Shown here one piece after another: positions 28,874-37,081 of a stretch of DNA of 51,470 bases. The position numbers and the translations under genes are program-made. The stretch is from NCBI GenBank assembly GCA_045592865.1, contig JAZNVP010000069.1, positions 1 to 51,470 of the forward strand, read 5' to 3'. The DNA comes from Oscillospiraceae bacterium (lineage in GTDB: Bacteria > Bacillota > Clostridia > Oscillospirales > JAGBHD01). Numbering within the stretch: the first letter of the stretch is position 1; the number at the start of each line of letters is the position of its first letter. The notes under the pieces are model-generated. The model made no database searches. It was given only the letters and a program-made list of their open reading frames with translations, and had not been told where the DNA came from.

Positions 28874-28917
28874 TAATTTAATTTATCGCTGCAAAAAGCG
28901 GCAGAATGGAGATCATT

Positions 28918-31545
28918 ATGGAATGGACAGGACTTAACGAGGTCAGAGAAAAATATCTATCGTTTTTCGAGAAAAAGGAGCACTTAAGACTTGCGTCTTT
29001 CCCGCTGCTTCCTCAGGGAGATAACAGCCTTCTCCTTATAAACTCGGGTATGGCTCCTATGAAAAAATGGTTTTTAGGACTTGAAACCCCTCCGAGAAGA
29101 AGGGTTACGACCTGCCAGAAATGTATCAGAACTCCCGATATTGAGAGGGTTGGAAAGACGGCGCGTCACGGAACATATTTCGAGATGCTCGGAAACTTCT
29201 CGTTTGGTGACTATTTCAAGCATGAGGCGACCCGTTGGGCTTGGGAATTCATAACAAAGGAAATAGAGCTTCCCGTTGACAGACTCTGGGTTTCGGTTTA
29301 CGAGGACGATGATGAGGCAGTTGAGATCTGGACCAAAGAGGTCGGCGTTGACCCCGAGAGAATAGTTCGTCTTGGTAAAGAGGACAACTTCTGGGAGATC
29401 GGTGCAGGTCCTTGCGGCCCTTGTTCTGAGATCTATTTCGACCGCGGAGTAGAGAAGGGCTGCGGCAGACCCGAGTGCGCGGTTGGATGCGACTGCGACA
29501 GATTCGTTGAGTTCTGGAACCTCGTTTTCTCGCAGTTTGATAACGACGGTGAAGGTAACTACACACGCCTTGAGAAGCCCAATATAGATACAGGTATGGG
29601 TCTTGAAAGACTTGCTTGTATTCTGCAGGGGGTTGACAATCTCTTCGAGGTTGACACCGTTCAAAACATAATGAAGCATATTAGCACCATTGCAGGTGTC
29701 GAGTATAAAAAGGACGAAAAGACCGACGTTTCGCTCCGTGTTATCACCGACCATATCCGTTCCACCGTGTTTATGGTAAGCGACGGAATTTTACCTCAGA
29801 ACGAAGGCCGAGGCTACGTTCTCAGAAGACTTCTTCGCCGTGCGGCACGTCACGGACTGCTTCTCGGCATAGAAGAGCCTTTCCTTTATAAAGTTTGTGA
29901 AACCGTTATTAAGGAAAACGAGTCGGCTTATCCTAACCTTGTTGAGAACCGCGACTATATCATCAAGGTTATAAAGACTGAGGAAGAAAGGTTTGCAAAG
30001 ACCATTTCGGGCGGCATGGCGCTTCTTTCGGAACAGATCGAGAAGATGGAGAAAAACGGCGAGAAGGTAATGTCGGGCGAAGAGGCGTTCCGCCTTTACG
30101 ACACCTTCGGTTTCCCGCTTGATTTAATTGAGGAGATCCTTTCGGAGAAGGGGCTTTCTCTTAATACCGATGAATTCAACAGTGCTATGGAAGACCAGAA
30201 GAAAAGGGCAAGAGAGGCCCGTGCGGCTCTCGGCGATTTCGCTTGGGAGGACGACGTTTTAGGTAGCCTTGAGGATACCGAGGAATTCGTTGGATACAGT
30301 GAGTTTGAATGCGAAGTTAAGGTTAAGGCTATTGTTAAGGACGGCGCTTTGGTAGAGTCCATTTCGGCAGGTGAAGTTGGTCAGATCGTTCTCGATAAAA
30401 CACCCTTCTATGCGGAGATGGGCGGTCAGACGGGCGACAGCGGTAAGATATTCTCGAAGGTTGGCGTGTTCACAGTAGACGACTGCAAAAAGACCAAGAC
30501 GGGTCACTTTGTTCATATCGGCGCAATAGTTGAGGGAGAAATTTCGGTTGGCGACTCCGTAACGGCTCAGATTGATAAAGAAAAGAGAACCGCGGTTATG
30601 AGAAACCACACCTCCTGCCATTTATTGCAGGCGGCTTTAAGGAGTGTTCTCGGCGACCACGTTCATCAGGCAGGTTCGATGGTTGATGAAAACGTTTGCC
30701 GTCTCGATTTCACTCATTTCTCGGCGATGACCGACACGGAGATAAGACGTGTTGAAGAGCTTGTTAACGAGGCTATATTCGAGGCAATTCCCGTTACCGT
30801 TAACGAGATGCCCATAGAAGAGGCTAAAAAGCTCGGCGCTATGGCACTGTTTGGAGAAAAATACGGCGACGTTGTTCGCGTTTGCAAAATTTCGGACAGG
30901 TCGATGGAGTTCTGCGGCGGAACCCATATAGATTCCACTGCGAAGATAGGTCTTTTCAAGATTTTAAAGGAGTCTTCCGTTGCGGCAGGCGTTAGAAGAA
31001 TTGAGGCTATAACCGGAAAGAACGTTCTTAAGAAGATCTATGAAAACGAGGGTATTTTAAGTAAGGCGGCGGCTTCCTTGAAGGCTAACTCGGTTTCGGA
31101 AATACCCGAGAAGATAAACGCTCTCGGTGCCGAGGTTAAAACGGTAGAAAAAGAGCTTTCTGCTCTCAAGGAAAAACTTGCTTCTTCCCAGACTGCCGAT
31201 ATGAAGACGGTTTCGGTTAAGGGCGTTAACGTTTCGTTTGCAGTTGCAAAGGGCGCGGGTGTTGCAACACTTCGTTCGCTTGGCGATAAGGTTCGTGACA
31301 AGGATGCTCTCGCGGTTGCGGCTCTTGCTGGTATCGACGGGGAAAAGGGAAACATTCTCGTTGTTTGCGGTAAGGATGCAGTTGCAAAGGGCGCTAATGC
31401 AGGTAAGCTCGTTCGCGAGGTAGCCGCTCTTCTCGGCGGTTCGGGCGGCGGAAGACCTGATAGCGCTATGGGCGGATTCAGTAAGGTTGGAGAGGCCGAA
31501 AAGGTGCTCGAAGGCTTTAAGGATATCGTTGAAAAGAATATATAG
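28918..31545 (+). CDS. alaS: Alanine--tRNA ligase
   Basis: ATG at 28918 after GGAGA. Has FPLLPQGDNSLLLINSGMAPMK, a HxxxH/CxxxH editing domain (HTSCHLLQ, CGGTH) and a C-terminal DHHA1-like region. Confidence 0.97.
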   Translation: MEWTGLNEVREKYLSFFEKKEHLRLASFPLLPQGDNSLLLINSGMAPMKKWFLGLETPPRRRVTTCQKCIRTPDIERVGKTARHGTYFEMLGNFSFGDYFKHEATRWAWEFITKEIELPVDRLWVSVYEDDDEAVEIWTKEVGVDPERIVRLGKEDNFWEIGAGPCGPCSEIYFDRGVEKGCGRPECAVGCDCDRFVEFWNLVFSQFDNDGEGNYTRLEKPNIDTGMGLERLACILQGVDNLFEVDTVQNIMKHISTIAGVEYKKDEKTDVSLRVITDHIRSTVFMVSDGILPQNEGRGYVLRRLLRRAARHGLLLGIEEPFLYKVCETVIKENESAYPNLVENRDYIIKVIKTEEERFAKTISGGMALLSEQIEKMEKNGEKVMSGEEAFRLYDTFGFPLDLIEEILSEKGLSLNTDEFNSAMEDQKKRAREARAALGDFAWEDDVLGSLEDTEEFVGYSEFECEVKVKAIVKDGALVESISAGEVGQIVLDKTPFYAEMGGQTGDSGKIFSKVGVFTVDDCKKTKTGHFVHIGAIVEGEISVGDSVTAQIDKEKRTAVMRNHTSCHLLQAALRSVLGDHVHQAGSMVDENVCRLDFTHFSAMTDTEIRRVEELVNEAIFEAIPVTVNEMPIEEAKKLGAMALFGEKYGDVVRVCKISDRSMEFCGGTHIDSTAKIGLFKILKESSVAAGVRRIEAITGKNVLKKIYENEGILSKAAASLKANSVSEIPEKINALGAEVKTVEKELSALKEKLASSQTADMKTVSVKGVNVSFAVAKGAGVATLRSLGDKVRDKDALAVAALAGIDGEKGNILVVCGKDAVAKGANAGKLVREVAALLGGSGGGRPDSAMGGFSKVGEAEKVLEGFKDIVEKNI

Positions 31546-31554
31546 GAGAAAAAT

Positions 31555-31887
31555 ATGGATTGTTTGTTTTGTAAAATAATTGCAGGTGAAATTCCTTGCA
31601 GCAAGGTTTATGAAGACGATAAGATCTTGGCCTTCAACGACATTGCTCCAAAGGCGCCCGTGCACGTTTTGATCGTTCCTAAGGAGCATATTGAGTCGGC
31701 GGCGCATCTTTGTGGCAGAGAGGATATTTCTGGTGCGGTATTTAATGCGGCGGCTACCATCGCCAAAGACTTAGGACTTGTTAACGGCTTCAGAGTGGTA
31801 ACAAACTGCGGTGAAGACGGCAGACAGTCGGTAAGGCATCTTCATTTCCACCTCTTAGGAGGAAAGGCATTAAGCGAGGATATGTAA
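31555..31887 (+). CDS. HIT-family (histidine triad) protein
   Basis: CLFCKIIAGEIP at the N-terminus and the triad HLHFHLLGG near the C-terminus. Confidence 0.9.
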   Translation: MDCLFCKIIAGEIPCSKVYEDDKILAFNDIAPKAPVHVLIVPKEHIESAAHLCGREDISGAVFNAAATIAKDLGLVNGFRVVTNCGEDGRQSVRHLHFHLLGGKALSEDM

Positions 31888-31889
31888 AA

Positions 31890-32435
31890 ATGTCTGAGAG
31901 AAAGTATTATGAAATGACGATAGCGGGGCTCAAAAGAGCTCTTCCCATCTGCCCCGTTAACGAAAAGCTTGATATTGCGGGATTTATAATGTTTTCTGAC
32001 GTTGAGCTAACCGTTAAGGTCTCGGAAGAGCTTTTAAAGAAATGTCCCGAGTTTGATATCATTATAACTGCGGAGTCGAAGGGTATTCCATTAGCCTACG
32101 AGATGGCAAGGCAGTCGGGGGTAAAATATATCGTTGCGAGAAAGGGCCTTAAGCTTTATATGACCGACCCTATCGAGATAAAGGTTAAATCTATAACCAC
32201 CGAGAAAGAGCAGAAGCTTTATCTCTCGTCGTCGGACGTAGAAGAACTTAAAGGCAAAAGAGTTCTCATTGTTGACGACGTTGTTTCAACCGGTGAGTCG
32301 CTCTCGGCTATTCAGAGTCTTGTGGAAAAATCGGGAGGAAAGGTTGCCGCAAATGCGACCGTTCTCGCAGAGGGCGATGCTAAAGACAGAGACGACATAA
32401 TCTATCTTGAGCCGCTTCCGCTATTTTTTAAATGA
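31890..32435 (+). CDS. Phosphoribosyltransferase-family protein (purine/adenine PRT-like)
   Basis: PRPP-binding loop VLIVDDVVSTGESL. 181 aa. Confidence 0.78.
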   Translation: MSERKYYEMTIAGLKRALPICPVNEKLDIAGFIMFSDVELTVKVSEELLKKCPEFDIIITAESKGIPLAYEMARQSGVKYIVARKGLKLYMTDPIEIKVKSITTEKEQKLYLSSSDVEELKGKRVLIVDDVVSTGESLSAIQSLVEKSGGKVAANATVLAEGDAKDRDDIIYLEPLPLFFK

Positions 32436-32456
32436 TTCTCAGAGAGGAAGATAAAA

Positions 32457-34562
32457 GTGAGGGTAATGCTAACGTCAGGCATTTTGTTTGCCGCCGTGTG
32501 TTTGCTTCTTTCGGGTCTTCCTCTTTTTGCCGCGATAATTCTAATGGCGTCAGGCGCGGCAGTTACAGTTATATTTTCTGTTTTAAAGAAGCCGAAATTC
32601 GAGCGCCTCATTATTGTGGGGTTCTTCGTTTTTGCGGCTTCTCTTTCTTTTTTACTGAAATATCATACGGTTATAAGTCCTTCCGAAGCGCTTTTTGGAA
32701 ACGTCCGCTTTGTTGGGACGGTTACCGACGGGCCCGAGGCTAACGCTTACGGATACAGGTATACCGTTAATGTTAAGAGTGTTAACGGGAAAGATTTAAA
32801 CACCTCGGCTTACGTTTACTCGGTTGATGGACTCGGGGTTGAAATTGGGGATAAAATTTCTTCCGTTGGCGAGGTAAACCCTATAGAAAACAGCCTTTTT
32901 TATAATGCAAAACGGCAAAACTATGCGAAAGGAATCAGTATTTCGTTTGAGACCGATAATTGCAGCGTTTTAGGGGAAGACCCTCTGCAAAAGTTTTTCG
33001 GAAAACTTAAAGGCAGAATAACCGAAGGAATTTCGTCTTCTTTTACGGGTGAAGAGGGCGGACTTTTGTGCGGAATAATCGTTAACAACAAAAGCTCGGT
33101 GCCGGATGAAGTTAAAGAAAAACTAACTGCGGCGGGGTATTCTCATCTCATAAACGTTTCGGGGCTGCATATGTCGATAGTTACTGGGTTTATATATCTC
33201 CTTTTGAGCTTTTTCCTCAAAACAAACCGTCGTCTTTCAGCACTTATAACCCTTTTGGGAATTCTTTTTTATATTTTCCTGACAGGGTTTTCGGTGTCTG
33301 CCGTAAGGGCGGGTATTATGCTCATTATTATGAATATCGGCACGATAATTAATAAGGAAAACGACTCACTTAATTCATTAGGCCTGGCAGTAACGTTAAT
33401 TCTGATGTTTAATCCTTATGCGGTATTTGATCCGTCACTTGCGCTATCGGCGCTTTCTACCTTTGGAATTATTTATTCTACCGACAGAATTCTGGAACTA
33501 AGGACAAATGAGAAAATAGGCGACCGCACCGAAAAGGTGCTTACGTTTTTGGCTCCCTCTTTCTCTGCGGTGGTTTTCTCGGCACCTGCGTCTATGTTGT
33601 TTTTTGAAGAAATAAACGTGATTTCAGCGGTAGCAAATCTGTTCATTTCCTTTCTTATAACACCTTTAGTGTATAGCGGAATGGCCTTTTCGCTTTTCTA
33701 CGTTTTGGAGCTTCCGGTGTTCGCAAAACTGGTGGGTATTGTAACGGGAGTGTGCCTTAAGGCAGTTTTATTTATGGCAGACCTCTTTTCCGGCGTTTCG
33801 CTAAGCGTTAAAACGGTTTCGGTCGGAGCCAAGATCGGAGTTTTGTTAGCGGTAGTGCTTGTGTTTGTTCTTATGAGAAAAAGAACCCGCAGAAACAAGA
33901 TTTTATCAGGTGTTTTAGCAGGAATGACAGCCTTGTCCTTTGGCACAGGGTTAATTGAAGAGCGAGAGCGAAAACGAGATGCCATCTATATGCTCTCCGA
34001 AGGAGACTTTTGCTCTCTTGTTTGCATAACAGATGAAGAGGCACACTGTTTCGGAGCAGCAAACAAATCAAGCGGATATAACATAAGTTCTTTTTTGCGT
34101 TCTCATGGAATTAGCGAGATCAGCCTTCTTCATATTCAAGAAAATAACCGATTTTCATTATCTGCGGCGAAACAAATAAGCGGGAATAATGATATAAAAA
34201 CGTTAACCGCTTCGAACGAAGACGTGAAGGCTATGCTCCAAAAATCAGCAGGGCTTGAAGCCAAACTTTATAGCGAGGTGGCGGTAGACGGTCTTGTTTT
34301 TATGGACGGTAAACCGAGGGTGTATTTTGATGGGTTCTATGCGGATGTGAACGAAGAGTCAGACGGCTTTATTGTTAAGATTACCGTAGACAATGGGGAA
34401 GAATTCGCGATTTATCGGTCGGGTATTGAAAATAAAGGGGAAATAAATTATAATAGGGATAGCGGCAAAATCTATATAGGAAACGGAATTTATAGACTTG
34501 CCGAGAAAAACGGAAAAGTTAAGATAACGGGGGTGAAAGCGCATGTCGGTGATAACGGATAA
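32457..34562 (+). CDS. comEC: ComEC/Rec2-family DNA internalisation channel protein
   Basis: N-terminal TMs with an OB-like DUF4131 region. The competence-domain core is GYSHLINVSGLHMSIV ... SAVRAGIM. The C-terminal region of about 200 aa has no HxHxDH motif. Confidence 0.85.
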   Translation: MRVMLTSGILFAAVCLLLSGLPLFAAIILMASGAAVTVIFSVLKKPKFERLIIVGFFVFAASLSFLLKYHTVISPSEALFGNVRFVGTVTDGPEANAYGYRYTVNVKSVNGKDLNTSAYVYSVDGLGVEIGDKISSVGEVNPIENSLFYNAKRQNYAKGISISFETDNCSVLGEDPLQKFFGKLKGRITEGISSSFTGEEGGLLCGIIVNNKSSVPDEVKEKLTAAGYSHLINVSGLHMSIVTGFIYLLLSFFLKTNRRLSALITLLGILFYIFLTGFSVSAVRAGIMLIIMNIGTIINKENDSLNSLGLAVTLILMFNPYAVFDPSLALSALSTFGIIYSTDRILELRTNEKIGDRTEKVLTFLAPSFSAVVFSAPASMLFFEEINVISAVANLFISFLITPLVYSGMAFSLFYVLELPVFAKLVGIVTGVCLKAVLFMADLFSGVSLSVKTVSVGAKIGVLLAVVLVFVLMRKRTRRNKILSGVLAGMTALSFGTGLIEERERKRDAIYMLSEGDFCSLVCITDEEAHCFGAANKSSGYNISSFLRSHGISEISLLHIQENNRFSLSAAKQISGNNDIKTLTASNEDVKAMLQKSAGLEAKLYSEVAVDGLVFMDGKPRVYFDGFYADVNEESDGFIVKITVDNGEEFAIYRSGIENKGEINYNRDSGKIYIGNGIYRLAEKNGKVKITGVKAHVGDNG

Positions 34563-35577
34563 AGATTTTTTTAATCAGATAAAAAACGGAACCTATGGGA
34601 ATTTATATCTTGTTTACGGGCAGGAGAACTATCAGAAAAGCCTCTATATGAAGCGCTTTCAGAAACGCGTTATCGGCGATAATGAAACCTTTAACCGTTC
34701 GGTTATAATGGGTTCTGACTTTTCGGTCAAAAGGCTTTCCGAAGAGATAGATATGCTTCCCGTGTTTGCAGAAAAAAGGTTTGTTCTGGTAATTGATCCT
34801 ATCGCATCAAAGCTCGGCGAAAAGGCGTTCGGGGAACTTTCTGAGGTTCTTTCGGATATTCCCGAAACGGCAGTTGTCGTGTTTTATTATCAGACCGAGG
34901 AACTCTGTGTTAAGGAAAAGGCTTCGGATAAGAAGCTTTATACCCTTTTAAATAAACAGGGAACGGTGGTAGATTTTTCGTTAAAGGACGAGCCCTGGCT
35001 TATAAAATACGTTATTTCGGAGCTTCAAAAAGCAAGTATTGAAATAGATTATAAGGCGGCGGAATACGTTGTTAAAAACTCTAACGGAGAGATAGGCTTT
35101 GTTAATAACGAGATAGAGAAAATAAGGCATTACTCCGACGGCAAGTTTTCGGAAAACGACGCGAAAGAGGTTTGCGCAAAATCAACCTCTGCTTCGAGGT
35201 ATGACCTTGCCTCGTTCGTTGTTACGAAGAATCGCGCCCAGGTCTTAAAAGAGCTCGACAGGCTTATGTTTATGAAGGTTAAGCCAACCGTTATTTTAAG
35301 TGCTATATATTCTGCCTTTTATGATATCTACCTGGTTTTGTGTGCATCGGTTTCAAAAAAGAATAATGCTGATATTCTTTCTGATTTTAAAGGATATAAA
35401 AACCGCGAATTTGTTATAAATAAAGCGAGAAGAAACTCCGCTCTTTATGATAAAAAAACGGTTGAAAAGATCTTGAAAATGATAATAGAGGCAGAAAGCG
35501 ACCTTAAAGGAAGCCGAGTTAAACCCAAGCTCGTTATCGAGGAGCTCTGCGTTAAAATTATGGGGACGATAAAATGA
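34543..35577 (+). CDS. holA: DNA polymerase III delta subunit
   Basis: 344 aa, N-terminal YLVYGQENY, in the conserved comEC-holA order. The start overlaps the comEC end by 20 nt. Confidence 0.82.
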   Translation: MSVITDKDFFNQIKNGTYGNLYLVYGQENYQKSLYMKRFQKRVIGDNETFNRSVIMGSDFSVKRLSEEIDMLPVFAEKRFVLVIDPIASKLGEKAFGELSEVLSDIPETAVVVFYYQTEELCVKEKASDKKLYTLLNKQGTVVDFSLKDEPWLIKYVISELQKASIEIDYKAAEYVVKNSNGEIGFVNNEIEKIRHYSDGKFSENDAKEVCAKSTSASRYDLASFVVTKNRAQVLKELDRLMFMKVKPTVILSAIYSAFYDIYLVLCASVSKKNNADILSDFKGYKNREFVINKARRNSALYDKKTVEKILKMIIEAESDLKGSRVKPKLVIEELCVKIMGTIK

Positions 35578-36158
35578 TAAAGACCGATAAAGTCATAATC
35601 GTTGAGGGAAAGCATGATAAAATAAAACTTTCTTCGGTTATAGAGGGCACCATAATTGAAACCGACGGGTTCAGAATATTTAAGGACAAAGAAAAGGTTG
35701 AAATGATAAAGCGCCTTTCGGGGAAAAACGGAATTATTATTCTGACCGATTCAGACGCGGCAGGGTTTAAAATAAGAGGATATCTTAACGGAATTATTGA
35801 TAACGATAGGGTGCAGAACCTTTATATTCCCGATGTTTTCGGCAAGGAAAAAAGAAAGTCTGAGCCTTCTAAAGAGGGAAAACTCGGCGTTGAGGGACTC
35901 CCTAAAGAAACCCTTGAAAAGCTTTTCAAAGGTGTTTCCGCAGGAGACGTTAAAAATGAAATAACTATTTTAGACCTATATAAACTCGGGCTTTCGGGCA
36001 ACAAAGATAGCGCAAATAAGCGCAGAAAGGTGCTAAGAGAATTAGGTCTTCCCGAGAGGCTTTCGGGCAAAAGAATGTGCGAAATTTTAGGTTCGTTATA
36101 TAAAAAAGAAGAGTTTTTTAAAGAGGTTGAGAGGATTTTGAATGCTGAAAAGGCTTAA
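35574..36158 (+). CDS. Toprim-domain protein, RNase M5 (RnmV)-like
   Basis: VIIVEGKHDKIKL and IIILTDSDAAGFKIR Toprim motifs. ATGA overlap with holA. Confidence 0.7.
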   Translation: MIKTDKVIIVEGKHDKIKLSSVIEGTIIETDGFRIFKDKEKVEMIKRLSGKNGIIILTDSDAAGFKIRGYLNGIIDNDRVQNLYIPDVFGKEKRKSEPSKEGKLGVEGLPKETLEKLFKGVSAGDVKNEITILDLYKLGLSGNKDSANKRRKVLRELGLPERLSGKRMCEILGSLYKKEEFFKEVERILNAEKA

Positions 36159-36684
36159 AAAGTTCATAATAACGGTTCTCTTGTGCGTTATAGCCTTTCT
36201 GTCGGCAGGGCTTGTTCTTTCGCAAAATGGCGAAACAAGAGAGTGCCTGTATCTCTGGAAACAAGATTTTTCCATAAACGGCACTTCCTATTCGGCGGCG
36301 GTATATTCTTCTAACTACGACGGCACCGACCTCTATGGCTTAACGTTAGCAAAGAGCGAAAAATTAGAGGGTGAAATTCTTTGCCTTCCCTCGTTTTTAT
36401 ACCTCTCGGGCGAAAAGAGCGTTGTTTCGTTCGGTTGGGAGCGGGGAACGGTGTTAATTCTTTCGGTGATTTTGTTTTTGGTTGTAATTATTCCTAAACG
36501 AAAAAAGGTTTATGAATTGGAAGAGGAAGAAGAGGCCGAAGAAGAAACAGAGGAAGAGGAGAAAGAGGACCCTTACGAATGTCCTAACTGCAGGGAACGG
36601 ATATATGAGGGGCTCGAATACTGCGAAAACTGCGGAATAAATATAGAAAACTTCAGAAAGAAAATGAAAAAGCGCAACCGTTAG
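36142..36684 (+). CDS. Membrane protein with an acidic linker and a C-terminal zinc ribbon
   Basis: 180 aa with two TMs, the EEEEEAEEETEEEEKED run, then CPNC...CENC. Confidence 0.55.
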   Translation: MLKRLKKFIITVLLCVIAFLSAGLVLSQNGETRECLYLWKQDFSINGTSYSAAVYSSNYDGTDLYGLTLAKSEKLEGEILCLPSFLYLSGEKSVVSFGWERGTVLILSVILFLVVIIPKRKKVYELEEEEEAEEETEEEEKEDPYECPNCRERIYEGLEYCENCGINIENFRKKMKKRNR

Positions 36685-36700
36685 GTTGCGCTTTTGCGTT
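36669..36700. terminator. Intrinsic terminator
   Basis: AAGCGCAACC-GTTA-GGTTGCGCTT followed by TTGCGTTTT. Confidence 0.75.
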
Positions 36701-36705
36701 TTAGA

Positions 36706-36969
36706 TTATTCAATTCCCTCGGGGAGTTCCTTGTAAAGATTAAATCTGAAGATAAGTTTTTCGTCCTCGGGGTCGGAGCATCTTATGGTTGCTTCTGCAA
36801 TAACCGCACCCTGAAGGATGTTTGCAAGACCTGCTATCTGGCAGAGCTTTGATTTAAGGTTTAAAACGTCGCCCTCGGTGGTCTCAAGGTAAACCTCGCC
36901 TTTGCAAATGTCGAGGACCTTAATAAAAGCGGGAACGTCAACGTCGTGAATTTTAAGATCTGTTATCAT
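36706..36969 (-). CDS. Hypothetical 87-aa protein, possibly HPr-fold
   Basis: RBS AAGGAGGA. GDVLNLKSKLCQIAGL resembles the HPr block GKTVNLKSIMGVMSLG. There is no His at the position equivalent to His15. Confidence 0.5.
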   Translation of the reverse strand: MITDLKIHDVDVPAFIKVLDICKGEVYLETTEGDVLNLKSKLCQIAGLANILQGAVIAEATIRCSDPEDEKLIFRFNLYKELPEGIE

Positions 36970-37017
36970 AACTATTCCTCCTTTGGTTATTATATGTAAA
37001 AACTAACTATAAATTCC

Positions 37018-37048
37018 AAAAAAACGGCTCAGAAAAGAGCCGTTTTTT
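37018..37048. terminator. Bidirectional intrinsic terminator
   Basis: AAAAACGGCTC-AGAAAA-GAGCCGTTTTTT. Confidence 0.8.
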
Positions 37049-37081
37049 ATCTGTCTTGGCTCTTTTTCGACTTAAAGAAAA

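Noticed and set aside
29074-31707. Several long minus-strand ORFs (226, 188 and 216 aa) inside alaS.
   Set aside because: They are antisense shadows of a high-GC, highly conserved gene. Their low-complexity, Ser/Arg-rich translations contain no motifs.
36515-36565. GAA/GAG-rich microsatellite-like tract.
   Set aside because: It is in frame and encodes the acidic linker of the 180-aa membrane/zinc-ribbon protein. It is not an independent repeat element.
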